From contig JAXCHI010000003.1 of assembly GCA_033977065.1 (NCBI GenBank), positions 653,145-717,144 on the forward strand: DNA of 64,000 nucleotides. Direction: 5' to 3'. The notes below the pieces were generated by a model that worked only from the letters and a program-made list of their open reading frames with translations, made no database searches and was not told the DNA's origin. Every line of letters begins with the position of its first letter. Position 1 is the first letter of the stretch. Positions 1-8,145 of the stretch are shown piece by piece. The translations under genes and the position numbers were made by a program. Source of the stretch: Candidatus Algichlamydia australiensis (GTDB lineage Bacteria; Chlamydiota; Chlamydiia; Chlamydiales; JAJFMI01).

Positions 1-383
1 TCTTGTGCAGCCGTTTCTGGGCTATCGGAGCCGTGAACTGCATTGGCATCAATGCTCTCTGCAAAGTCCGCGCGAATGGTTCCAGGTGCAGCTTTTTTCG
101 GATCCGTCTCACCCATAATCTCGCGATTCAAAGCGATTGCATTTTCTCCCTCAAGAACAGAGATGACAACAGGTCCAGAAGTCATAAATTCGACAAGCTC
201 GCCGAAGAAAGGGCGCTCCTTGTGAACAGCGTAAAAATTTTGCGCTTGCTCCTCACTTAGGTGAAGCATTTTGATTGCCGCAATGCGAAGACCTTTCTTT
301 TCAAAACGGGCAATGATCTGTCCAATAACGTTTTTATTTACAGCATCAGGTTTAATAATCGATAAAGTTTGTTGTTTACTCAT
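1..383 (-). CDS. ndk: Nucleoside diphosphate kinase (3' end runs off the window)
   Basis: Minus strand reads [15 protein letters not shown]...[18 protein letters not shown]...[17 protein letters not shown]...[16 protein letters not shown] upstream. Absent from the ORF track because it is partial. Confidence 0.97.
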   Translation of the reverse strand, partial: MSKQQTLSIIKPDAVNKNVIGQIIARFEKKGLRIAAIKMLHLSEEQAQNFYAVHKERPFFGELVEFMTSGPVVISVLEGENAIALNREIMGETDPKKAAPGTIRADFAESIDANAVHGSDSPETAAQ

Positions 384-450
384 ATAGACTCCTTAAGTTA
401 TGTTTATCTTACCTTATTCATAGATAAAATGCAACCAAAGAAAATTTTAA

Positions 451-1669
451 TTGACTACCATTTGCAGTCGTGAGAACTCTACACTTTACCCCTGTTTTAT
501 TCGAAATGGTCTCTTTAGAGATCCAAAAAAAGAGTATGGGCTTAATTTTGGAGATGTAGAAAAAGTAGAAAAAATTTGCACGCTTGGGCTCTTTGAGAAA
601 GTCTTATATGGGGAGAAAACAGTTAAAAGTTTGCAAAGGAGAGTTTATTTCGACAAGAATCTTAGATTTGTTAATTTTAAAAACTTAGATATTTCTAGAT
701 AGTGTCGTCAAAAGGCTATAATCAGATTATTTTTCATGTTTGCAGCTTATTTTTGTGCGGAAATTGAAGCTGAATTTGTAAATTCCGCTTCATTTGAGCA
801 CAAAAATGGAGCCCAAACATGAAAAATAAGATGGTTGTATGCTTTTGACGACGCTATCTAATTGTTGCACACATCATTACGAACCTGATCGTGAGATAGC
901 TGAAACTTATCTCGAATTAGAAAAAGTTTTTGGAAAGTGGACCCTACCACTTGCGCGTTTACTGATTCAAGATACAGAAGTTCTCTCTAAGTGGGCGCCA
1001 ATCCCAACCAAAATTCCCCTTGATAATAGAGAGATTGAATTTACCTGGTGCAAGGAAGAATTAGAAACTAGAGTAAAGAATGCATATAAAAACGAGGAAA
1101 GAGAGTTTTTTGTACAGATCATAAACTTCTGGAGTGAATTGGAGGGTCGAGAGTGGAATGAAGGGTTCTACTTTCACTGGATCTATATCGTCTATCGCAT
1201 ACGCACCATTTTGGAAAACAGTAAGGAAAATTGTGGTGAGGATTTTTGGATCTGCATCCGTCACTTTGTCGACGGGGCGCAACTTTATGGTTGGTGGGAT
1301 AAATTGCTTAATCTTGCAGAAGGAAGTGAGAAAGAAAAAGAGATTCAAAGAATTCCTTTTCAGGTGCGACAAATTTCAAAATTAAGACACGAAGACAAGC
1401 AAGCATTGCTGAGTCTTATGACGGAGGTTTTTTCTAATTCGGAATTGATAAGTGGGGTAGGAGATTGGGAATATTATAATGATTTTGAGGCATCTTCACT
1501 CCCGAATACTACAAACAAAAAGAAAGAGGGTAGAGCAAAAGTTCACCTTATAGCTGGTATTGCACTCATTACTTTTGGTATCATCGGGGGTCTATACTAT
1601 TATGGAAAACTTGATCGACTTCTCCAATATACGAAAGATTTTAGTCGCAAAACTGCGCCACCACGGTGA
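451..1669 (+). pseudogene. Hypothetical protein with C-terminal TM anchor, split by a 165-bp element (fragments 451-702 and 839-1669)
   Basis: Removing 698-860 joins TCT(694-696) to A+AT in frame with ORF 839; the C-terminus has the hydrophobic stretch LIAGIALITFGIIGGLYYY. Confidence 0.7.
696..860 (+). mobile_element. 165-bp palindromic MITE-like element, copy 1
   Basis: TA-GATAGTGTCGTCAAAAG...CTTTTGACGACGCTATC-TA terminal inverted repeats; near-identical copies at 13984 and 61308. Confidence 0.92.
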
Positions 1670-2687
1670 TGTTCTCTTAACTTCACCACTCTTTTCGCAA
1701 CTTAAAAAAGTTTGTCCCCACGCGACTATTGATGCTTACCTCTACAAAGAGACACATCCCATGTTAGCAGGCCACCCCGCTATCAACGATTTTCTTCTCT
1801 ATGACAAATCCTGGAAAAAACTTTCCCTTCCTATGCGCCTACTTCAAGAGACGAAACTGCTGCAGCGCATTCGCAAAGGAAACTATGACCTTGTTATCAA
1901 CCTCACGGAAGGGGATCGCGGCGCTTTAGCTGCCAAAGTCTCCAAAGCGCGTTATACAGTTGGCTTTGATGCAGAAGGTAGCGGCATGAAGGGAAAAAAT
2001 AAATGCTACACCCATGTGGTACGCATCTGCCACAAACCGCGTCACACCGTTGAGCGTCACCTCGATGTGCTGCGCTGCCTTGGCATCTCTATTCCTGAGA
2101 ACGAGCGAGATATCTTTTTTCATATTCCACAAGAGTGCAAAACAAAAATTGCCACCCTTGTTCCGAACGATTACACTCTCATTCACCCTGTTTCGCGCTG
2201 GCTCTTTAAAGCCCTGCCAACAAAAACAATCGCAAACCTGATCAAAGAGCTGCATGCCCAAGGTAAAAACATTGTTCTCTCCAGCAGCCCCGACCCGCAA
2301 GAACTTGCCATGTGCGAAGAAATCCTTGTACAAACAAAAGAAATTCCCATCTGCAACTTAGCTGGTAAAACTTCCCTAAAAGAGCTGGGTGCGCTTATTG
2401 AACAAGCAGAACTTCTCATCACCGTCGACTCACTCCCACTCCATCTCTCTAGTGCCCTAAAAACCCCTGTTGTCGCAATCTTTGGCCCCACCTCAGATGA
2501 GACCTGGGCGCCTTGGTGCAATCCCAACAGCAGGATCGTGACAAAATCGATGCCTTGTCGTCCTTGCTACATGCCAGGTTGCGGAGGTAGTGGCCGTAGC
2601 GACTGCCTTGAAACTCTCGAACTTTCTAAAATTTTAAACGCTGTTAAACAGTTAACATCTACTTTTAGCAGATCTTCTTGCAGTTAA
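1602..2687 (+). CDS. GT9 LPS heptosyltransferase (RfaQ/WaaQ-like)
   Basis: KILVAKLRHHGDVLLTSP N-terminal motif; NLAGKTSLKELGALI..A.LLITVDSLPLHLSSALKTPVVAIFGPT GT9 motif; ATG at 1602. Confidence 0.9.
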   Translation: MENLIDFSNIRKILVAKLRHHGDVLLTSPLFSQLKKVCPHATIDAYLYKETHPMLAGHPAINDFLLYDKSWKKLSLPMRLLQETKLLQRIRKGNYDLVINLTEGDRGALAAKVSKARYTVGFDAEGSGMKGKNKCYTHVVRICHKPRHTVERHLDVLRCLGISIPENERDIFFHIPQECKTKIATLVPNDYTLIHPVSRWLFKALPTKTIANLIKELHAQGKNIVLSSSPDPQELAMCEEILVQTKEIPICNLAGKTSLKELGALIEQAELLITVDSLPLHLSSALKTPVVAIFGPTSDETWAPWCNPNSRIVTKSMPCRPCYMPGCGGSGRSDCLETLELSKILNAVKQLTSTFSRSSCS

Positions 2688-2710
2688 AAAAAGGATATTT
2701 TGGATGATTC

Positions 2711-3142
2711 TTACTCATTGATTTCTTCAATAATTTCTTCGATTAATTTAGATAAAGAGTCGTATGAAAAAACAACCCCATCTGGAGAAATGTAAACATG
2801 TTCATATGCTTTGATGGATCCATCTTCATATAAAATATAGCTTAATCCTGAAGAGTCCATTATTTTGATCCCTTTTTCGGCTCTTTTTTTATCTAACAGC
2901 CCAATCTCTTTGCTTTCTGTTTTACAGTTGCACAGACCTCCTGCTTTTCCTGTAGTCACAATCTCGTGCCCTCCAATGACTAGATTACCTATCTCTTCGA
3001 TAAATGATCTGGTTTCTTTATCGAATTTAAAATCCAATTCTTTCTCTAAGTCGAGAAGGGCCTCTCTTCCATACTCTCCCCAGTACAAAATCTCTATCCC
3101 TTTATTGCTCATTTCTTTTTTAAAATTTTCTCTGTTCCACAT
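2711..3142 (-). CDS. SMI1/KNR4 (SUKH)-like immunity protein, orphan
   Basis: LEKELDFKFDKETRSFIEEIG resembles the SUKH 'E..LG..FP..YR.FL..G' core; C-terminal YDSLSKLIE. Confidence 0.6.
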   Translation of the reverse strand: MWNRENFKKEMSNKGIEILYWGEYGREALLDLEKELDFKFDKETRSFIEEIGNLVIGGHEIVTTGKAGGLCNCKTESKEIGLLDKKRAEKGIKIMDSSGLSYILYEDGSIKAYEHVYISPDGVVFSYDSLSKLIEEIIEEINE

Positions 3143-3239
3143 TTTCCTTCTCACTTTTACTTGATTTCCCTGTTACTTTTCATGACCTCGAGACAGCATA
3201 ACATGTGGTATGTAAATTCAAAATATCAAATCTTAAAAA

Positions 3240-3373
3240 TGTCCGAATTATAACTAATTCGGACAAAAATCTTCTAAGAACTGGCCGAAAACCCGTTAAT
3301 TCGGACAAAAACAGGCCAAAAAATGTCCGAATTGTGATAATTCGGACAAAAATTATCGAAAAGTGTCCGAATT
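3240..3373. repeat. Six copies of TGTCCGAATT/AATTCGGACA in mixed orientation
   Basis: Exact 10-mers at 3240, 3256, 3298, 3324, 3339, 3364. Confidence 0.9.
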
Positions 3374-3516
3374 AATTACAGAACACTCGGTACTGTAGGG
3401 GCGTACATAAAGGCTTTTGATTAATCAATGAGGCTCAGGTTATTGAGCTTGGGGTTAATATAAAAAAATTGAAAAAAACAGAGAAAGAAAAATGCATGTT
3501 GGTCGATTGATTTCAG

Positions 3517-3986
3517 ATGGAGTTGAAGGGGCTTGGGGGCTTGTTTCATAGCTTGTTAAGAATAAAACTGATTAGCTTATATGATCCCGAAACTAGAGAG
3601 ATGGACGAATGGTTTGATCCTTGCGTTTCTATGGATGCCACTGTTGCTCGGTTTATTCCTCTCTTAAGGGGAGAAATTCATGAAAAATTAGGTAAAAAGA
3701 ACAACCCGCCTTCAAAGAAAAAAAATTAAAACTTTTAGAGGTAGAAAACGAAATCTTATCATTGGAATGCGCAATGGAAAATGAAAAACACCAAGCAAGG
3801 GTGAAGATGCGCCAGGCTCTGATTTATTATGGCGACTGTTTTCGAAAGTTGGTTGAAGGTGATCATGAATTTAAAGAGTGTTTCTCTCCATATGACTTAT
3901 CACTAATAAAAAAACTAATTGAAGATTCTTCAAACGAATCAACAGTTTTAAAGGGCTTGTATTTTGGGGGAAATAGAGATAGTTAA
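3517..3986 (+). pseudogene. Two short hypothetical ORFs, possibly fragments
   Basis: 70-aa and 74-aa ORFs with no recognisable motif. Confidence 0.25.
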
Positions 3987-3991
3987 GGAGA

Positions 3992-4711
3992 CTATAACTG
4001 GAAATCTTCGCCAAGGTAGTAGCGTTTAGCATCGGGATTGGCAATGAGTTCGTCCACTGTGCCCGACATCAGAACTTGGCCTTCGCGCATGAGATAGCTG
4101 CGATCGACAATCGAGAAGAGTTCGCGGGCGTTATGGTCCGTGATCAAGATGCTAATCCCTTTTTTTTGCAGGTGGCGGATCATTTTTTTGAGGTCGCTGA
4201 TGGTGATGGGGTCAACGTTGGCAAAGGGTTCGTCGAGGAGGAGAAGGGAGGGACTTGTGACAAGAGCGCGGGTGATTTCTAAGCGGCGTCGCTCACCTCC
4301 GGAGAGGGTTACAGCGCGCTTTTTGGCATGAGGTTTCAGATAGAGTTCGTCAAGTAGTTGGTTGCAGCGCTTCTTTCGCTGCTCCTTGTTCATTGGGAGA
4401 GTTTCAAGTACGGCGAGTATATTTTCTTCTACAGTGAGGGAGCGAAAGATCGAAGGCTCTTGAGCGAGATAACCCATGCCCATTTTGGCCCGCTTATGGA
4501 TAGGAAGGTGAGTGATCTCTTGATCTTTAAAAATAACCTTACCTCCATCAGGAGAGATGAGGCCGATTGTCATGTAAAAGGCGGTTGTTTTTCCCGCGCC
4601 GTTAGGGCCAAGTAGGCCGACAATTTCACCGGGGCCGACAGAAAAACTAAGGTCGGTAACGACGGACTTGCCGCTATATTTTTTTTTCAAATGGCGGATT
4701 TTTAAAATCAT
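3992..4711 (-). CDS. lptB: LPS export ABC transporter ATP-binding protein
   Basis: GLLGPNGAGKTT, YLAQEPSIFR.LTVEENI, LSGGERRRLEI, LLLDEPFA, ITDHN, YYLGEDF. Confidence 0.96.
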   Translation of the reverse strand: MILKIRHLKKKYSGKSVVTDLSFSVGPGEIVGLLGPNGAGKTTAFYMTIGLISPDGGKVIFKDQEITHLPIHKRAKMGMGYLAQEPSIFRSLTVEENILAVLETLPMNKEQRKKRCNQLLDELYLKPHAKKRAVTLSGGERRRLEITRALVTSPSLLLLDEPFANVDPITISDLKKMIRHLQKKGISILITDHNARELFSIVDRSYLMREGQVLMSGTVDELIANPDAKRYYLGEDFQL

Positions 4712-5616
4712 CTTTTTGGGATTTCACCCTCTCCAAGGTAGATGTTGTCGGGAGTAGAATTCTCCCAAAAAAGATGTTGCTGTCGCCCTTTTGTGACAAG
4801 CAACATGGCATCCTCTTCAAGAGGAAAGTCTACCCGATCACAGAGAAGTGTGTCAAAAGAGATGTAGCGATCTTTGGATTCAATTCGAACTTCACCTTGA
4901 AGTTCAACGCGCACGGGGCGTAGTTTGTCATAGTGAAGAGTTAAGTTATCAGAAAAGAGCTTAAGTTTATCGGTTTGAAAGAGAATTTGCTCATCTTTTT
5001 TACTTGTCACTGTAAGAATTTGTTCTTGCGGCTTGTAGTGAAACTCATTGTTTGATTCAAGAAAAAAGGGGGTAGGAGAGTCTTCTTGCAGAAGATCCAT
5101 TTTCCCCATGACAAGTAGGTGGTTATTTTGAATTTGCAATATATTTTCTGCGTGAAGTTCCCCAAGCTCTGGAATAAGAAGGGTGATGGCGCCTTCTAAA
5201 ATTAAACAATCTTTTTCTACATAGACTTTTTTTGCTTTGAGGGGTGACATGCTCTGATCTAAAAAGTTGAGGTGGCCAGAGGTGTCTTGCAGTTCAAGGG
5301 AGTCTGTTTTTAAATTGTAGGAAAGATTTTGGTAATGCAGCTCTCCATTTTGAAAATGACAAGTGCCGCCTTCAATATCTTCAAGCCACTGGTGCTGGAG
5401 ATAGTGTAAAAATTCCGTTTCAATCACAATTTTATCTGCAAAGTAGGCCGTCACAGCCTCTTTTGCCTCTATTTTGTCGAGTCCTTGGCGTTTATCTATG
5501 GAGAGCTCTAATTTTTTGCTTTCAATGCGAAGAGTGTGATGGCCAATATGATCCTTATATGTTGAGCTAAAGAGAAGAAAAGGAAGACAGAGACTACTCA
5601 AAAATCGCATGGGCAC
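4708..5616 (-). CDS. Hypothetical exported beta-rich protein (LptA/OstA-like by position)
   Basis: Signal-peptide-like N-terminus; lies between lptB and kdsA with overlapping stop/start. Confidence 0.5.
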   Translation of the reverse strand: MPMRFLSSLCLPFLLFSSTYKDHIGHHTLRIESKKLELSIDKRQGLDKIEAKEAVTAYFADKIVIETEFLHYLQHQWLEDIEGGTCHFQNGELHYQNLSYNLKTDSLELQDTSGHLNFLDQSMSPLKAKKVYVEKDCLILEGAITLLIPELGELHAENILQIQNNHLLVMGKMDLLQEDSPTPFFLESNNEFHYKPQEQILTVTSKKDEQILFQTDKLKLFSDNLTLHYDKLRPVRVELQGEVRIESKDRYISFDTLLCDRVDFPLEEDAMLLVTKGRQQHLFWENSTPDNIYLGEGEIPKR

Positions 5617-6166
5617 GCTCCTTTGGAATGGTCACACGGAAGTGTTCCGCGTTCATGCGAAGATCTTTATCTTCTAAACTGAGTTCCACGCTTTTGGCTT
5701 TGCCTCGCATGGCAACGCTCTCTTCATTCATTGCACTCGATTGTGCTTGATAGAAGGTCATCAACACTTCTTCAGTGCGGAATTTATGATCGGAGAGGGA
5801 GTAAGTACCGCGATTAGAGCTAAACTGACGCACATCGCACGCGCCATCATTTGCCTCTTCTTGCACATATCCTACTATACCATAAAGCTCTTCGTGTGCT
5901 CCTGTCTCCGAGGAGTAAGTTAAAAAACTTCCTTTGTGTGCAATTTGCACGTGCCGCTGCTGATTCTCTTCGGTTAGATAGAGATCTTTTTGTACCTCTT
6001 TTTTTACTTGATGTAGAGGGGAGTCGTGAGAAGGAGTTGTCTCACACTGTTTCCACTGCAAAAAGTTCGCAATATCTTTTTCATTATAAGTGGTGAATGT
6101 ATAGCTAGAGAAAGCTATTGCGCTAAGTAACAGAGAAAAAGTAATAAAAGCTGCTCTATTTAGCAT
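5594..6166 (-). CDS. Hypothetical membrane-anchored protein (LptC-like by position)
   Basis: N-terminal TM helix then beta-rich region; sits in the kdsA-lptB operon. Confidence 0.55.
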   Translation of the reverse strand: MLNRAAFITFSLLLSAIAFSSYTFTTYNEKDIANFLQWKQCETTPSHDSPLHQVKKEVQKDLYLTEENQQRHVQIAHKGSFLTYSSETGAHEELYGIVGYVQEEANDGACDVRQFSSNRGTYSLSDHKFRTEEVLMTFYQAQSSAMNEESVAMRGKAKSVELSLEDKDLRMNAEHFRVTIPKERAHAIFE

Positions 6167-6929
6167 GAATTACATCATAAAGTTTTTTCAATATCGGTAA
6201 CAACTGGTCAAGCTCCTCAAAGGAAATTTGAGTTGTAGCATCACTCTTTGCTTTAAGAGGATTTTCATGAGCCTCCAAGTAAAGATAGTCACTACCTGCG
6301 GCAACAGCAGCCTTTGCTAATGTTGGTAAATATTCTCTCATACCGCCTGTAGTCTCACCTAAGCCGCCAGGTAGTTGCAAGCTGTGCGTTACGTCAAAGC
6401 AGACAGGGCAGCCCAAGCTTTGCATAATGGGAATACTGCGCATGTCACTGACTAAATTATTGTAACCAAAGCTTGTGCCACGCTCCTCTAAAATAATCTC
6501 CTTAGCGCCCGCTTCCTGGAGCTTGACCACAACATTTTTCATATCCCAAGGCGCCATAAATTGCCCTTTTTTTACTTTCACAGGTCTGCCGGTTTTCGCA
6601 GCAGCAACAAGCAAATCTGTTTGGCGACAGAGAAATGCAGGAATTTGAATATAGTCGAGTACCTTGCCCGCAGCTTCTGCCTGAGATGGCAAATGAATAT
6701 CGGAAAGAATCGGCAAACCCAACTCTGCCTTAATCCGTTCCAAAATCTCCAGCCCCTTCTCCAGACCGGGGCCGCGAAAGCTATGGATAGAAGAGCGGTT
6801 CGCTTTGTCATAACTCGACTTAAAAACAAAGTCGATCCCGTGTTTTGTAAAAATTTCCTTTAATTCCTTTGCCGCAGCAAAAGCAGACTCTTCGTTTTCA
6901 ATGACACACGGGCCGCAAAAGATCAGCAT
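6156..6929 (-). CDS. kdsA: KDO-8-phosphate synthase
   Basis: GPCVIE, FKSSYDKANRSS, QIPAFLCRQTDLL, KKGQF, ERGTSFGYNNLV.DMR. Confidence 0.98.
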   Translation of the reverse strand: MLIFCGPCVIENEESAFAAAKELKEIFTKHGIDFVFKSSYDKANRSSIHSFRGPGLEKGLEILERIKAELGLPILSDIHLPSQAEAAGKVLDYIQIPAFLCRQTDLLVAAAKTGRPVKVKKGQFMAPWDMKNVVVKLQEAGAKEIILEERGTSFGYNNLVSDMRSIPIMQSLGCPVCFDVTHSLQLPGGLGETTGGMREYLPTLAKAAVAAGSDYLYLEAHENPLKAKSDATTQISFEELDQLLPILKKLYDVIHAK

Positions 6930-7528
6930 AAAAAAAGTTCCTCTAGTGAATACAATTTTGGGGGTTTGTGAATAATAATTTTAGCGCTTTCTAGAGCCAT
7001 ACGCGCGTAGAGCGCGCGTCCGAGAGCTCGATGAGAGATGGTGAGCTGTTCACCAGGAAGGCCTACATGTAGCTCGTGTGCACCAAAAGAGTCCTTCATC
7101 CGAATCGAGTGAATGGGCATCTCTTTGCCCAAAGCTTTTTCAATACTTAAAGCCGTACCGCTGGGCGCATCGACCTTTTTCTCATGGTGCTCTTCGATCA
7201 AATCGAAACTGGCCTGATCACCTAAAAACTTCGAGAGCATCGTTGTCATCTGACGCATCATCAAGACACCCAAACTAAAGTTTGCTGCATAGAGCAAAGG
7301 AATTTCTTTCGAAGCTTCTTCAATTTCTGAAAAATCCTCATGGCCAGTCGTGCCCATCACAAGAGGCTTTTTTAAATCTAACAACCCCCTCGTTCTACTC
7401 GGATGAGAAAAATCGATAATCACATCAGCTTCTTCAAGTGAAGCCAAAACAGCCTCTGCATCCTCATCAACGCATTTGACAACTTCTTTACCGACACGCC
7501 CATTTCGTCCTGAAACTGCAATCCTCAT
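6923..7528 (-). CDS. dapB: 4-hydroxy-tetrahydrodipicolinate reductase
   Basis: G.NGRVG, DVIIDFS.P, GTTG, AANFSLG, EEHHEKKVDAPSGTA. Confidence 0.95.
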   Translation of the reverse strand: MRIAVSGRNGRVGKEVVKCVDEDAEAVLASLEEADVIIDFSHPSRTRGLLDLKKPLVMGTTGHEDFSEIEEASKEIPLLYAANFSLGVLMMRQMTTMLSKFLGDQASFDLIEEHHEKKVDAPSGTALSIEKALGKEMPIHSIRMKDSFGAHELHVGLPGEQLTISHRALGRALYARMALESAKIIIHKPPKLYSLEELFLC

Positions 7529-7560
7529 CGCAGCAATGCTAACAAAAATTTATACGAAGA

Positions 7561-8055
7561 TCAAGATGCTAAAAGTTCAGAACATTCCTTGACGCGATAG
7601 AGCAAATAATCTTTTAGGATCTGCTCATGGTCAAATGCAAATTTGCCCCATGGGAGTTCATCAAGAGGTACGACCCAAGCCTCTGCAGCATCATCTCCTG
7701 CTTGAGGTTTTTTGAAAGCTTTTGCAATGTGAGCTACCTCAACAGAGTGGTGGCGAAAATCTCTCTTAGGATCTGAATAGACATGAAACTGTTTTAAATC
7801 ATGCAATTCTAAACCTACTTCTTCCATCATCTCACGGCGCACAGCTTCTTCAACTGTTTCGCCATATTCAACTTTCCCGCCTGGAATAGCTTTCCCCCAA
7901 GGCGCCTTGCCGCGTTCAATTAATACAATGCCTTGAAAGTTTCCCTTTTCATATATTTCGATGATGGCAGTTGTAGTTAAAATAGGCGGTTTATGCTCTT
8001 CTGCAAATCCAGCAGAAGAGATGAAAACAAAGAGCAGGGCTAAAGCTTTCTTCAT
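7561..8055 (-). CDS. Nudix hydrolase with N-terminal signal peptide
   Basis: Nudix box GGKVEYGETVEEAVRREMMEEVG; YSDPKRDFR, AGDDA, AFDH; starts MKKALALLFVFISSAGFA after a GGAGGAG RBS. Confidence 0.9.
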   Translation of the reverse strand: MKKALALLFVFISSAGFAEEHKPPILTTTAIIEIYEKGNFQGIVLIERGKAPWGKAIPGGKVEYGETVEEAVRREMMEEVGLELHDLKQFHVYSDPKRDFRHHSVEVAHIAKAFKKPQAGDDAAEAWVVPLDELPWGKFAFDHEQILKDYLLYRVKECSELLAS

Positions 8056-8145
8056 TTTTTTCTCCTCCACTAACAGGTTTACCACAAATAAGAGTTTTAA
8101 AAAGACTTGATGAAAAAAAAATCATTCGTTTACGATCTGTGATCA

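Noticed and set aside
3..260. Plus-strand ORFs 3-260 and 43-225
   Set aside because: Antisense shadows of ndk.
3240..3373. Possible CRISPR array
   Set aside because: Repeats are only 10 bp, in both orientations, with irregular short gaps; no cas genes in the window.
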